Shown here: positions 40,955 through 53,038 of the stretch, piece by piece
How positions within the stretch are numbered: the first letter of the stretch is position 1
Layout of the letters: every line of letters starts with the position of its first letter
Source of the DNA: Octopus vulgaris
Lineage: Eukaryota
Direction: 5' to 3'
Length of the DNA stretch: 64,000 nucleotides
NCBI GenBank assembly: GCA_951406725.2
Contig: OX597816.1
Span: 41,416,001-41,480,000, forward strand
Position numbers and translations under genes: made by a program
Notes under the pieces: model-generated
The model's database searches: none
What the model was told of the DNA's origin: nothing
The model's input: only the letters and a program-made list of their open reading frames with translations

Positions 40955-41425
40955 AGAATTCAATGAAAAAGCGTATAAGAGAATGTTGTGCTAGCTTGGG
41001 ATGGGGCTTCCTTAAGAAACTCAATGAAAACGTACAATTTTGATTGTGTGAAATGTGTGGTCATGTACTCCTTTCTGGGGCTGGGTATGTCAACTATCTA
41101 AAGTCACATGAAGAACGAACTGAGTACAACGTCCTTACCCGAGTCCGGGTATTTTGACTTCTGTAGTATGTGAGAGAACTTGAAAGTCGCCTTGGGTTCT
41201 GGAGATTTATTTGGCGATTCAGAGCGATTATATCTCAGAAAGCGATACGATCAGTTCAGTGAAATTAAAACGTTAATGTATCACCTATGTTTCAAGCCAT
41301 CCTGACCTGCAGCAGGACTGAATAACCATCTGAGAGGTCATAGACGGAATGCGAGGAATGCCACTGACAAGAAAGCTCCGAGAAACGACAATCATTTGTG
41401 AAGATGGAACAATCACCAATCACCA
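40955..41425 (+). pseudogene. Decayed RTE-type LINE 3' end with C2H2-like fingers
   Basis: Remnants CVKC..LLSGAGYVNYLKSH, CVVCER and LCFKP...AAGLNNHLRGH, followed by an RTE-like short tail. Confidence 0.55.
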
Positions 41426-41479
41426 TATATGTGTGTGTGCCTGTATGTATATATACATATATGTATATATATATATATA

Positions 41480-41698
41480 GTTAATCCAAACAAGAAGGTA
41501 CAAAAAATCACAACAACGCGAGGACGTGGAACAAATATAGTATTATTGGACGCTCAGGAAAGAAGGGAAGAAGGAGGGTTTAACGTTTCGAGTGGAGCTC
41601 TTCGTCGGAAACATAAGAGAAGGAAAGATCTCGAGAAGGGAAGACAGAGGAAAAAAAATCGCCAACGGTACACACGAGGTCACATTTTGAAATCCAGG

Positions 41699-41700
<2 letters not shown>
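41480..41700 (-). mobile_element. Family P3 copy with HHR-like motif (41578-41612), TA on both sides
   Basis: Minus strand GTTT-CCGACGA-A-GAGC-TCC-ACTC-GAAAC-GTTA-AAC. Confidence 0.75.
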
Positions 41701-41792
<92 letters not shown>

Positions 41793-41793
41793 C

Positions 41794-41835
<42 letters not shown>

Positions 41836-42770
41836 CATACATACATACAGATACATATATACATATAGTTCCTTCAAGCCGTGCCGCTATAACAATTAGG
41901 AATATTCATGACGCTTCTTTCGAAACCAGTAGTTTATATATTGTTACGAATAAATACAATACGTTGTAAATTGTTTTTTATGTATTCTTATAGGTTTTGT
42001 ATATACATGTTTCGAGAATACCTAAGTGTATGTAATTAACTGCATATTACTATGTTGTAAATAAAACATCTGATGAACGCAATAAAAATTGTTAAATAAA
42101 ACGCAAACCTAATTTCAGCATAAGGAAAGAAAGGTGTGAATTTAATGCTTATCTTATATCAAATTGTACGTAAAATTATTTTATTGTTAACATATTTATG
42201 TTGACGTTTCCTATATTAAATGGTATGAATATTAAATCCAGGTAGAATTTAGTATTGACATCATAACTAAGGACTCAAATACTTAAATTCGTATTCATAA
42301 AATTGCTTATGGTATGTATACGACATTGTTTCGGAATAGTTTATGATGATACGACCATCAGTGAGCGAAGCCTCAACAGTCTCAATAAGGCCTTTCACAC
42401 TTTTGATGTCCATAGAATATTGACTTGACAAGTATCGCAGCATCTGTTCAACTTCAAGATCTCTTCTGTGAAAGTGAATCATTCTGTTTCTGACAGAAAA
42501 GAATATTGAAGCATCATTATTCATAAACGTATATCATTTTACTTACAGCTAGGAAGATGAGTATAAATTGAATTATAACATTTTAATATATTTCAGAAAT
42601 ATTACCAAAAAACAGCAAGAACAAAGAAAGAAGAACATGGAATTATACTTGTCATGTATAGTTGTAATATCTAACCATTATGATAATATACTCGTTGTCA
42701 GAACACACGTTAACATTTATGCATTTTGTAATGATATGCTTAAATGCCTCTCGTTAAAAGTCAATTTTGA

Positions 42771-42774
<4 letters not shown>

Positions 42775-42814
<40 letters not shown>

Positions 42815-45526
42815 CAGTTTGTATGTCTGTGTGTCTGTCCAGTGCCTCAAGGGCGCCTTTGTGTGCCATAGTGTAATCGTCCCATACGATGAGTTTGCAT
42901 CTGCGCAGAATGTCGGCCTGTTCTGAGTTCTTGGCGATGTTGCAGATAGGTGACTCGGACTTTGCCAGATCGAACGGGATTCTGAAGGCAGAGTGGGCGG
43001 TTCTGTCACCCGGAAGCAACGTCGCCACGATACCAGAGGAGGCTACAGCCAGGGCAATGTCCGTGTTGCGTCTGACCTCCGCCAGAGGTGTGTGAGCAAT
43101 CACACACACCCAAATGCCTTCAAAACACACACACACACCCAAATGCCTTCAAAACACACATACACGCCGATGCCGTGCGCGCGTGCCTTAAGTCGTGAGC
43201 TCACCCTGACCAGGTCTTTTAACCGATTCTGATGAAACTTGACACACACATAGCTAAATGTCATAATTCAAAACTAACGCAGCGAAAATTTTGAAAAGTT
43301 TCCAGAGTTTTGAAAAGAATCGATAAATTCGACATGGGGTCGAGAATCTATGCTTTTCATATGCAACACATTTTCTGTTGTAGTTTTCGCAACTTGCAAT
43401 CGATTTTCACCATGTTACCCTAAGAAACTTAATTCTGACGTTAGTTTTCCATGCAATACCTTACCATCAGAAAAAATCGATAAAATCATGCCATTTTTTG
43501 GAAATCGCGTTCAAATTCAAGATGACATATTTTCGACAATATCTTAAACAAATTGGCAGGAACTTTTTTTTAAATTCACAGCGAGCATCATGTCTGCTCC
43601 AAGGAGCTATATGGCCCTTTTTATTCCAATAGGATACTTTATTACTGGAAAAAATCGGTTAATTAAATCATATGTGGCACACATAGCAAACCGATTTGTG
43701 TATTAAACAGAAACCACAGACTGTCTAGGGGACGCAACTCGACCTTCTTTAACTCTCTTATTCCCCCAACTAACTATTAAACAGCTATCGATAATTCAAC
43801 CCACAGGAGGAAATCTAGACTTAATCTTCAAGGTATCCCACATACAAACCAAAGATTAGTGCCCTTCCGTCGAGATCACGTTCACCAACTTCATTTACAA
43901 TTTTGCGCTTATTCAACTCGAAGACGCTGTCATCGATATGGGTGGTTCTGCTTTAACGGACTACGGCCTTCCACTAACCACACGACAACACGCCAATGTT
44001 ATGTTTGCTGAATTGTTACGCCGAAACTTCCTACTGCATTGAGGAACTGCACTAGTACGTCCAAGATAATGCCACGACTGCTTCCAGACCAGCGCATAGC
44101 CTACAACACCATCGTAGACTCTGTCAGACAGCAACGTGGGGGGATTTACTTTCTTGACGCACCTGGCGGCACTGGCAAAATATTCGTCACGAAACTAATT
44201 CTGGCGGAGGTCAGACGCAACACGGACATTGTCCTGGCTGTAGCTTCCTCTGGTATCGCGGCCACGTTGCTTCCGGGTGGCAGAACCACCCACTCTGCCT
44301 TCAGACTCCCGCTCGATCTGGCAAAGTCCGAGTCACCTATCTGCAACATCGCCACGAACTCAGAACAGGCCGACATTCTGCGCAGATACGAAATCATCGT
44401 ATGGGACGAGTGTACTATGGCACACAAAGGCGCCCTTGAGGCACTGGACAGGTCCCTGCAAGACATCAGAGATTCTACGGCTCGCATGGGAAGATTGACT
44501 TTACTTCTTTCGGGAGACTTCAGGCAGACTCTACCCGTTATTCCAAAAGGAACCCGTGCCGATGCCGAGCGCGCGTGCCTTAAGTCGTCAGCTCTTTGGG
44601 CACATGTGCGGCCCTTGCACCTCCAAACTAACATGCGCGCGCAGTTGGTTGGTGACAGCGGATCCGCTGCATTCTCCAGGGAGCATTTATCGCTCGGTGA
44701 AAATGGGATGCCGGCTGATGCGGACAGCTGCGTTCAATTGGACTCACTTTGCACCACTGTCGACACCCTTGATAGCCTCCGGGACGCTGTCTTCCACGAC
44801 CTACAAAACAATTTACGTGACCTAAAATGGCTGGCAGACAGAACTATTCTCGTACCCAAAAATACAACCGGCAACTCCAACTCTACAAATATATAGATAG
44901 GACAGCAGACCCCGCCAAGCTTGCCGATTATCCTGTTGAATTCCTGAATTCACTTGAACTGCCAGGCCTGCCGCCACACATCCTGAAGTTAAAAATCGGT
45001 GCGCCCATTATACTCATCAGGAATTTGGTTCCCCCTAAACAGTGCAACGGCACACATCTGGTTGTGAAACATTGGCACCACATTTAATAACGGCCACAAT
45101 ACTTACCGGTTGTGGGAAGGGAGAGGACGTCTTCATTCCACGCATGCACCTTCAACCGTCGTGCGCTGACCTACCAATCCACTTCAGGCGTTCTCAGTTT
45201 CCTGTTAAACTCTGCTTCACAATGTCCATCAATAAATCCCAAGGCCAAACGCTACAAGTCGCTGGGTTACATTTGGGAGAACAGTGCTTCGCCCATGGTC
45301 AGCTCTACGTGGGCTGTTCACGCGTTGGGCGCGCAATGATGTTTTCATGTTTTCGCCCAAAGGGACAGCTAGGAACGTCGTATACACAGAAGTATTGGAG
45401 TGAAGAGAAGACATTGCAACCTACACATGCGCCTTCGTTCCCTAGAGGGAAAGGACTAGATCGGGATTAGTCGTTGCCTACTAGGGGCTCTTACATACCC
45501 GGGCAACGCCGGGCTATACTGCTAGT
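42775..45526 (+). mobile_element. Internally deleted Helitron
   Basis: 5' (TA)nAAAAGACAGTTTGTATGTCTGT, ACCGATTCTGATGAAACTTGACACAC, helicase remnants, 3' hairpin CCCGGGCAACGCCGGG (45498-45513) and CTAG-T terminus (45522-45526). Confidence 0.88.
43900..45400 (+). pseudogene. Helitron RepHel Pif1-type helicase domain, frameshifted
   Basis: FLDAPGGTGK, ASSGIAATLLPGGRTTHS, IVWDECTM, GDFRQTLPVI, LPPHILKLKIGAPIILIRNL, QFPVKLCFTMSINKSQGQTL and FAHGQLYVGCSRVG. Confidence 0.93.
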
Positions 45527-45635
45527 ATATATATATACATATATATGTGTGTGTGTATCTGTGTGTATTTGTGTGTTTGTGCGTGCGTGTATCTGTGTGC
45601 ATTTGCTAGTGTGTGTGCGTGCGTGTGCGTGTGTG

Positions 45636-45782
45636 TGTGAAGGCATTTGGGTTCGTGTTTAAGATATTCCTATAGCGATCGTAAAGTCGTGAGTGAGATG
45701 TGACGTTGTATTTTTGAGTAACACACTTTCACGTTTGCTTCAGTGCATTCACTTGGCAAAAACTAGTAATGCCTGTATTTTC
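45636..45782 (+). mobile_element. Decayed SINE family C-like head
   Basis: GTGAAGGC...CGATCGTAAAGTCGTGAGT...TTGAGTAACACACTTTCACGTTTGCT resembles the 27908-28256 head. Confidence 0.5.
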
Positions 45783-46530
45783 ATGCTTGCACGAAGTTGG
45801 TCCCGGTGTTGGAGTTGATTTTGCAACGTGTTTTTACAATGGTGTTAAAACGCTGCTTTTCGGTGCACTTTCATTTCTGGGAAGAGATGGAATATTGCAG
45901 ATTCTAAATCTCTTGAATAGGGTGGGCCGTGGAAGAGATAGCTTGTTGTTGTTGGCAAGAAACGTGCAAGTGAAGAGAGCTCGGTAACGGGGTGAATTAC
46001 TGTCGTTAAGAATCCAATCCTTCGGGCTCCACAGATCCTGTCGTTCTCATTAAGCGCTTCAAATGTCGTTGATTGTCCTCCGACGATCCCCATGCACAAG
46101 CTGATAAACTTTCTCCTCATTTCCCGGGGTGACTCACGTGGTAGGTCTTCTAGATCGCGCATCGTCTTACAGGGATATTTCTTCCGATTTTGAAGCGCCC
46201 TTGCCATTCGAAACATTGCGTACGTTCCATTGCTCCTCTACCGTAAGCTTGTCGAAACATGCTCAATAACTTTGTAGCAGACTTCCGAAGTTTAAACCCA
46301 AATTCTACGTTGGCTCTTTGTTCCAACTTCTTGTCCATGACAAAAATCGTAGACTACAGCATACACGTGACCACAAAACACAAATTACACAACTTACGAA
46401 GGAAATTTAACAATGTCAGTCAGCACAGTGCCTCATGAAGCTCATCACTAGCTCTCACTGCACATGCAACCATGTGCTGTCATTTGTTGGTGCGTTACAA
46501 TGCTAGTCCGAGAACATTTTGATACTTCCG
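45783..46530 (-). mobile_element. Mariner transposon 5' half, decayed
   Basis: MDKKLEQRANVEFGFKLRKSATKLLSMFRQAYG..M..TQCFEW..RFK.GR helix-turn-helix region, plus a TIR-like TAGTCCGAGAACATTTTGATAC near 46505-46525. Confidence 0.85.
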
Positions 46531-47234
46531 TAAATTGCGTAATTATACTAAACAGAAATTAAGTAACAACACCAAACTTATAAATGTATGAATTAATATA
46601 GAACACCTACAAATGAGAGACATTACTTAGATGTAATATTTCTGTGGCATAAGATTAATAACTAAGATATCACTAAGCGCTATCAAGAAAGTAATCGACA
46701 TTAATAATTCATTTATCCCAGTAGCAACATCTCGTTATATTATTTTCATCTACATGCTAAATGAAGTAGTAAGACGAAGCAGTAAAAAAAAAGATAATGA
46801 CTAGTTTTAGAGTATACGCGCAAAATCTGACATAAAAATATATTTACAACACATACAGCAATGTATGAGATTAAGGCAAGCAGAAAACGATATTATAAAA
46901 TCTACAGTAGGACTACGGTAATATCAAATAATGGGCAAGTATAAACTAATAGAAAATCTATGAATGCAGGGAAGTGTGAGATTAAGCCAACCAGAAAATT
47001 ATTATAAAACAGCCACAGAGTGAGAACGCAGATATTAATAATGAGCAAATGGAAAAAAATAATGAGCTAAAGGAAAACCTGTGATACATTGTCTTCTCAC
47101 TAGAATGAAAATAACAAATACTCCAAACGTTAGACTGATGTGATCGGTTGTTTTGAGGAAAAGGATGAAACGAAACAAAGCACACAATTCTAAAAGTCGA
47201 AACGAAACAAAACTACCGTTACATATTTCCATTC

Positions 47235-47760
47235 TATAGGCTTTTCCGGGAAGTTCATGCCGATTTATAGTAGCTTACCTTTCGACTTATTTTAGAACAT
47301 GGTTGAGTCCATAAAATAGGATTTGACTACACCTCCATTTATAGCACAGTTTAAGCTATCTTTTCGCCGAAGAAAGCCTATGTTCCTATAACCTGTGTTA
47401 ATTCTGGAACCCTTTAAAATGGAATATAAGGAAGTTCATTTTTGGCACTTGATGCTTTAGGAACCAGACAAAAATTGCTGCAACTCGGCTGGGATGTGTT
47501 ACCCCCACCCTCCATATTCACCAGATATTGCTCCTTCGGATTTCCACTTATTCAGGTCTCTGCAAAGATACCTTGATGAATTATTTGCCATGAAACCACC
47601 TCAATTCTGGGAAGAGATAATTTTCAAGTTATAAGGAAGATGAAGACGCATTGTGCAACAAAATGGTTCATATTTCGCTGACTAAAAATGTAATGGTAAG
47701 TGTTTATTGATCTTTTTTCTTTCCTTTAAAATTGGTACGAACTTTCCGGACAACCCAATA
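47235..47760 (+). mobile_element. Internally deleted mariner with both TIRs
   Basis: Left TATAGGCTTTTCCGGGAAGTTCATGCCGATTT and right AAATTGGTACGAACTTTCCGGACAACCCAATA, with internal LGWDVLPHPPYSPDIAPSDFHLFRSLQ. Confidence 0.9.
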
Positions 47761-48169
47761 AAACGTTATTAAGAAAAGTGCCTGTCAGATTGTTAAAACC
47801 TAAAATAACTAAACATTTTCAAAGAAGTCCAAAAATATTTGATGAAATGAGTGCAAAATCAGGTATCTAAACTGAAACTGTAAGATAAATTTTGCGAGAA
47901 AATATCAAAACTTAACACATGAAAAGAAAAAACAAACAAAATCATATAATGTAACAGAATATGTTACATAATTTTAGAATTATTGATTCCGGAAAAAAGG
48001 GAAAGGAAATATACAGTTACTTTGTTTCATTCCCTCTTTCTATGTCTGCTAGACTTCAGAAATTATACAATGGCAATTACACCAGCATTATTTTAACAAA
48101 AATAAAATGTTATAAACATATGCTGGAAAATGTTCCTGCTCAGAGATAAGTAAGTGCATACTGAGAAGA

Positions 48170-48275
48170 CGTGTCTGTGGAGTGCTCAGCCACTTACACG
48201 TTAAGTTCACGAGTAGGCTGTTCCGTTGATCGGATCAACCGGAACCCTCATCGTCGTAACCGACGGAGTGCTTCC
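48170..48275 (+). mobile_element. 5'-truncated SINE/LINE 3' end with 10-bp TSD
   Basis: ACTGAGAAGA at 48160-48169 and 48276-48285 brackets a GC-richer 106-bp insert. Confidence 0.7.
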
Positions 48276-48599
48276 ACTGAGAAGATGTAGGTTCACAATC
48301 TAGCAATCGTTACCAAATGTCATGAAGTGAGGAGGATCGACCGAATAAAATTTTTAGTCACAGAAGAAAAGAAAACATGTCAAAAAATTTAGTAGATGAT
48401 GCACATATATGCTTTTCGAAATAGTCATCTATAAAAAGACCATTATTCCAAAATAGATATTGTCAACGACATTCAAGATCTGAAGCCACTACATAGGCCA
48501 TGCGTCATGGTCTTCTAGGAAATAGAAAATTAAAATAAAAAATTCACACTCAAACTTCGCAATATACTTTTGAAATACAAAAGCACGATTGCAGAATAA

Positions 48600-48810
48600 T
48601 CATTTCTACTTTAGGAACAAGGCCCGAAATTTTGGAGGAGGGGGTCAAGTGGATTAGATCGACCCCAGTACGCAACTGGTACTTAATTTATGGACGCCGA
48701 AAGAATGAAAGGCAAAGTCAACCCCAGCAGAATTTGAACTCAGAACGTAAAGACAGAGAAAATGCAGCTAAGCATTTCGCCCGGCGTGCTAAGGTTTCTG
48801 CCAGCTCATC
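48600..48810 (-). mobile_element. SINE family A, antisense
   Basis: ACTGGTACTTAATTTA...GAAAGGCAAAGTCAACC...ATTTGAACTCAGAACG...CATTTCGCCCGGCGTGCTAA. Confidence 0.8.
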
Positions 48811-49872
48811 ATTTCTATTATATAATGTGAGGGCGTAGGGAGATTGTTTTTTATAGCGATGAAGTCACATTTCACTTCTGCTCGAATATTTTTGTTGCAT
48901 TGGGCTTCTGTACAACTAAAGGAAGACGAATATATGATAAAATTGAGATGTTCGGTTTAGAAATTATTTGGCTGCCAAGTCTATCAAATTCATCGATCAC
49001 TCAGTAGCTCCCTCTTTGTAAAGAGATTATTCTGTAGTTAAACCAGCAATGTGGTTGTGGTTCCACATAATTCGGGATCACCTTGCATATCACTTAGTGA
49101 TGACCCTGCTAGTCCCAATATGATACAATTCATATCAAAACAAACGTTATTTCGTGGTTTCAGACAGGAGATCCCTGCTGTTGTGAAAACACAATGTCCA
49201 TATCAAAAGCAACATGGAGAAAAAATAACGAATTTCGTTAATGTTTGGGTATCAAATATTGTTTCTGTGTTTTTATTAAAATTTTATGCTTCTCAAATAT
49301 ATTCCTTTAATTGGACTATGAGGACTTTAAGGAATCAATAAGCTTTACCTTTCTGGAATGCAAAAACGAAGAAAGAAAAAATGTAAAATGGGAATGAATG
49401 ATGCATCTTTAATACTACCATTATCAGTAAACAGTAGGACATTTAATAAAAAGAAATATTTGAACGAAGAGAAATTTCAATATTCTTTATTCCTTTCATT
49501 TTTTTCTGTTTGCCGTTATTTTGTAAATTCTTTCTGCCTTTTTCCAATGTTCAAAAACAAAAGAACAAATATAATAAGAAAATGAAAAAAATGGCAGGAA
49601 TGGGATTGCTTGGGGTGAAAGAAATATACTGGCCGCAATGAATGTTATATGTATTTCCTCGGATGAAACGAAATGGTGCTGGTATACTAAAGTTAATTAC
49701 AGATGAAAATGAAAGAAGAAATGTTTTAAGTATACTACGATTAATACGTATATGCAAACGTTTTTCAGGTATTTTTTGGTAAATTATAAATATATACACC
49801 CATATGTACACACACATACATATAAAATATGTAGGAGTGTACTATGTAAATATATATACATATATATATATT

Positions 49873-49940
<68 letters not shown>

Positions 49941-49944
<4 letters not shown>

Positions 49945-50360
49945 GTGAAATAGAAAGATGAATAATCTTGTAGCAGATTAATCAAAAGTTTAACCGATAC
50001 CTTGGTAGCAAAAATCACAGCAGAAAACAGCACGGTTGGAGGTACAACCATATGGTGTTGCAACCGTGCGTTGGTGCGGATAATTGAAATTAAAATATTA
50101 TTGGTGAATTGAAGAAATGGAGCTGAACGAAGATTGAACAGAAATCGTTTTATTTCATTCTACACGTGTTTCGAAAGGCACAATTTACCAAAATCCGATT
50201 GAATAATGGGATTCCTATTTCTTCCTGAAGAGAAAGACACAATATGGTCCCATTATTCAATCGGATTTTGGTAAATTGTGCCTTTCGAAACACGTGTAGA
50301 ATGAAATAAAACGATTTCTGTTCAATCTTCGTTCAGCTCCATTTCTTCAATTCACCAATA

Positions 50361-50368
<8 letters not shown>
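49941..50368 (+). mobile_element. Miniature fold-back derivative of the 35101-37983 PLE family, in (TA)n
   Basis: Same left extension, perfect 121-bp inverted arms at 50091-50211 and 50248-50368, and a complete HHR on the sense side. Confidence 0.92.
50216..50308 (+). ncRNA. Type I hammerhead ribozyme, intact core
   Basis: TATTTCTTC-CTGAAGA-GAAAGACACAAT...ATTGTGCCTTTC-GAAAC-ACGT-GTA-GAATGAAATA. Predicted cleavage is after 50298. Confidence 0.85.
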
Positions 50369-50428
<60 letters not shown>

Positions 50429-50778
50429 TATGCGTGTGTGTTTATGCATGTGTCTGTGTGTGTATTCCACAGATGAGGCAAAGCATTTCTTATGCAGAGC
50501 CAGAAATCCGGGATCTGGAATGATACAGTAAATTTTTTGCTAGATTATTGTTTCTTTTTGTCTTCTCTCCTGGTGCTCTATGAACATTTAATTTGGTTTT
50601 AGAGTCATGTTTTGGCTGCTATTTCCAGCGTGGTGGTATCTGTTAGATTCCCTAAATTATAACTTTAATAATAATTATTACATTTGAAGGTTTTAATTGG
50701 CATGCTGGACACTTGATAAGATCGATATTTAAATAACGCTCTTATCCTTATTAACACAGACACACACACACACAGACA

Positions 50779-50860
<82 letters not shown>

Positions 50861-50861
50861 G

Positions 50862-51385
50862 TAATGAATATCTACACCGCGATTCCTTACGAATACAGAA
50901 TAGGAGCTATATGATTCTGACTCGAAAAATTTCCAATGTGACATTCCAGACTGAATGAGAAAAGGGCTTATCATAGAAGGGCTAAAATTCATTCTAGAAA
51001 GTTTCTTTTTTAGCTTCAACTAAAATACCTACATAGAAAAATCTAGGCCCGCGGTGGGATCAAAAGGTAATCTCTACTTTTACTAATCTTGTCATGGCAT
51101 ACTTAGGAGTCCAAATAGACCCCAAATTGAAACTTGGTAACCGTTTCCAAAACTAGTTACACACCAACTTGACGATTTCTTTATTTCATGGTCACATGAT
51201 CTTTATCCTGTCTTGGAATAAAAAAAAGAATTAACATTAATCGTAGTATCCAATTGGCAATGAAATACAACCACAAACAACTGATTGTTCTGGACATTTT
51301 AATCATAAAATGAGGTACCAACAATGGAACCAACATCTACTTTAAACCAAATGACTGAGAATAATATCTTTTATTTTCAACTATT
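50862..51385 (+). pseudogene. Heavily decayed PLE reverse transcriptase fragment
   Basis: NIYTAIP, LIIEGLKFILE, TFTNLVMAYL, LDDFFISW, QL.VLDILIIK and NIYFKPND are colinear with ORF 38698-40851. Confidence 0.7.
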
Positions 51386-51842
51386 GTTTTTGTGTAAAAT
51401 ATTTTCAAAAACAAAAACAACAAAATCAAAATTAATATTAAAAACCTCTGCAGGCGTCGCATCAGCTCCCAATTCGGAAAGGTCAAAATAAAAAGTGTAT
51501 GCTTCGATGAAAAATTGAAATGTAGATCCCGTGTTTCTTATATCTAATATACTCAAAACTTTTAAACGTGTACATGAGTATATACATACATACATACATA
51601 CATACATACATACATACATACATACATACATACATACATACATACAGACTCATATATCGTAACTTGTGTTCCGGTTCTAAATATCAATGTTACTATTTCT
51701 GTTTTTAAGAAGGATCTTTTACGTTGTTCCATTTACCCTGGTTCTAAATCTAATCCTCGGGTAATAAATTGTCAAGCCTCGTGTAATAAATTCGAGTACT
51801 TAACGAATTCCATCTCAATATATATACCCATATAACAATATA

Positions 51843-52160
51843 TGGTGGAGGAGCAATGGCCCAATGTTTAGGGCAGCGGACTCGCGGTTGTAGGATCGGG
51901 GTTTCGATTCCCAAACCGGGCGTTGTGAGTGTTTATTGAGCGAAAACACCTAATGCTCCACGAGGCTCCGACAGTGGGGTGGTGGCGATCCCTGCTGTAC
52001 ACTTTCGCCACAACTTTCTCTCACTCTTTCTTCTTTTGGCCTGTTCGCTTAGCCAGCGAGGTGGTGTCATTTGAAGGCTAAAGCGATTAGAAGCGCATTG
52101 TGACCAGCGATGTGTAGCAACATCTGATAGCCTGGTCGGTCACGGTAATCACGGTGATAA
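51843..52160 (+). mobile_element. tRNA-derived SINE family D
   Basis: A-box-like TGGCCCAATG, B-box TTTCGATTCCC and a 3' repeat TCACGGT x2. Confidence 0.75.
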
Positions 52161-52977
52161 CAATATATGACTTACAGCTATGTCTCTACTTATACATATA
52201 TATATGTGTGTTAGTGCTTGTTTTTACACTGCAGGAGAGTAACTAGCGTGTAAGTGATCGTATAATTTCAGCTATTGTATTTTTACTTTATTCGTCCGTG
52301 TCTATAATATTATAAAAGAACTAGAAAGTTGATTGCAATTAACTATAGTACAATTCGTCACTTGCAATATGTAAATTATAATTTGGTTCAAATATAATAA
52401 TATAGAAATATTTCTCGTGCGTTAAATGAGATACCTTATGTTTCAACAAAGATATAAAATATAGACAGCATTAATAACAACACGGGATTGGCGCCTACAC
52501 ATTTTCAATACCTTTAATAATTAATATAAAGCAAAACAGCAAAATATAATCTGGATGTTTAGCTTAATTTTTGAGAATATGTAAGAAATAGTGTGAAACG
52601 TTCAATTCTGAATAATACATAATTGTTTTATTTTTGCATAGGTTCTGCAATATTGAATACAAATGTCTTCGAGGCTTGGATATCTCTTCAGATCTGGTCA
52701 AAAATTGGTAGCTGTAAAGATAACTGTTGTAATATTTTTTTTAAAAATTGCTCATATGTTAAGAAAATCTATTAATATGCGCCTCTGTTGATATATTACC
52801 TAAGAGCTATATGCTTCTTTACTCGGGTGGTAATTTATTGTAGAAACAGCAAATAGATTGCTAGCAGGTAATTGGATCCAAATAGAGTCAACTATACATG
52901 TAATATTCAATATAAACACATTGGTAGATAAACATTTCAGCATTGAAATATTTATTCTCTTTCGAATCATGTAATAT

Positions 52978-53038
<61 letters not shown>

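Noticed and set aside
42267-42524. 85-aa ORF with nearby splice-like signals as a host exon
   Set aside because: No recognisable domain, so it cannot be supported from sequence alone.
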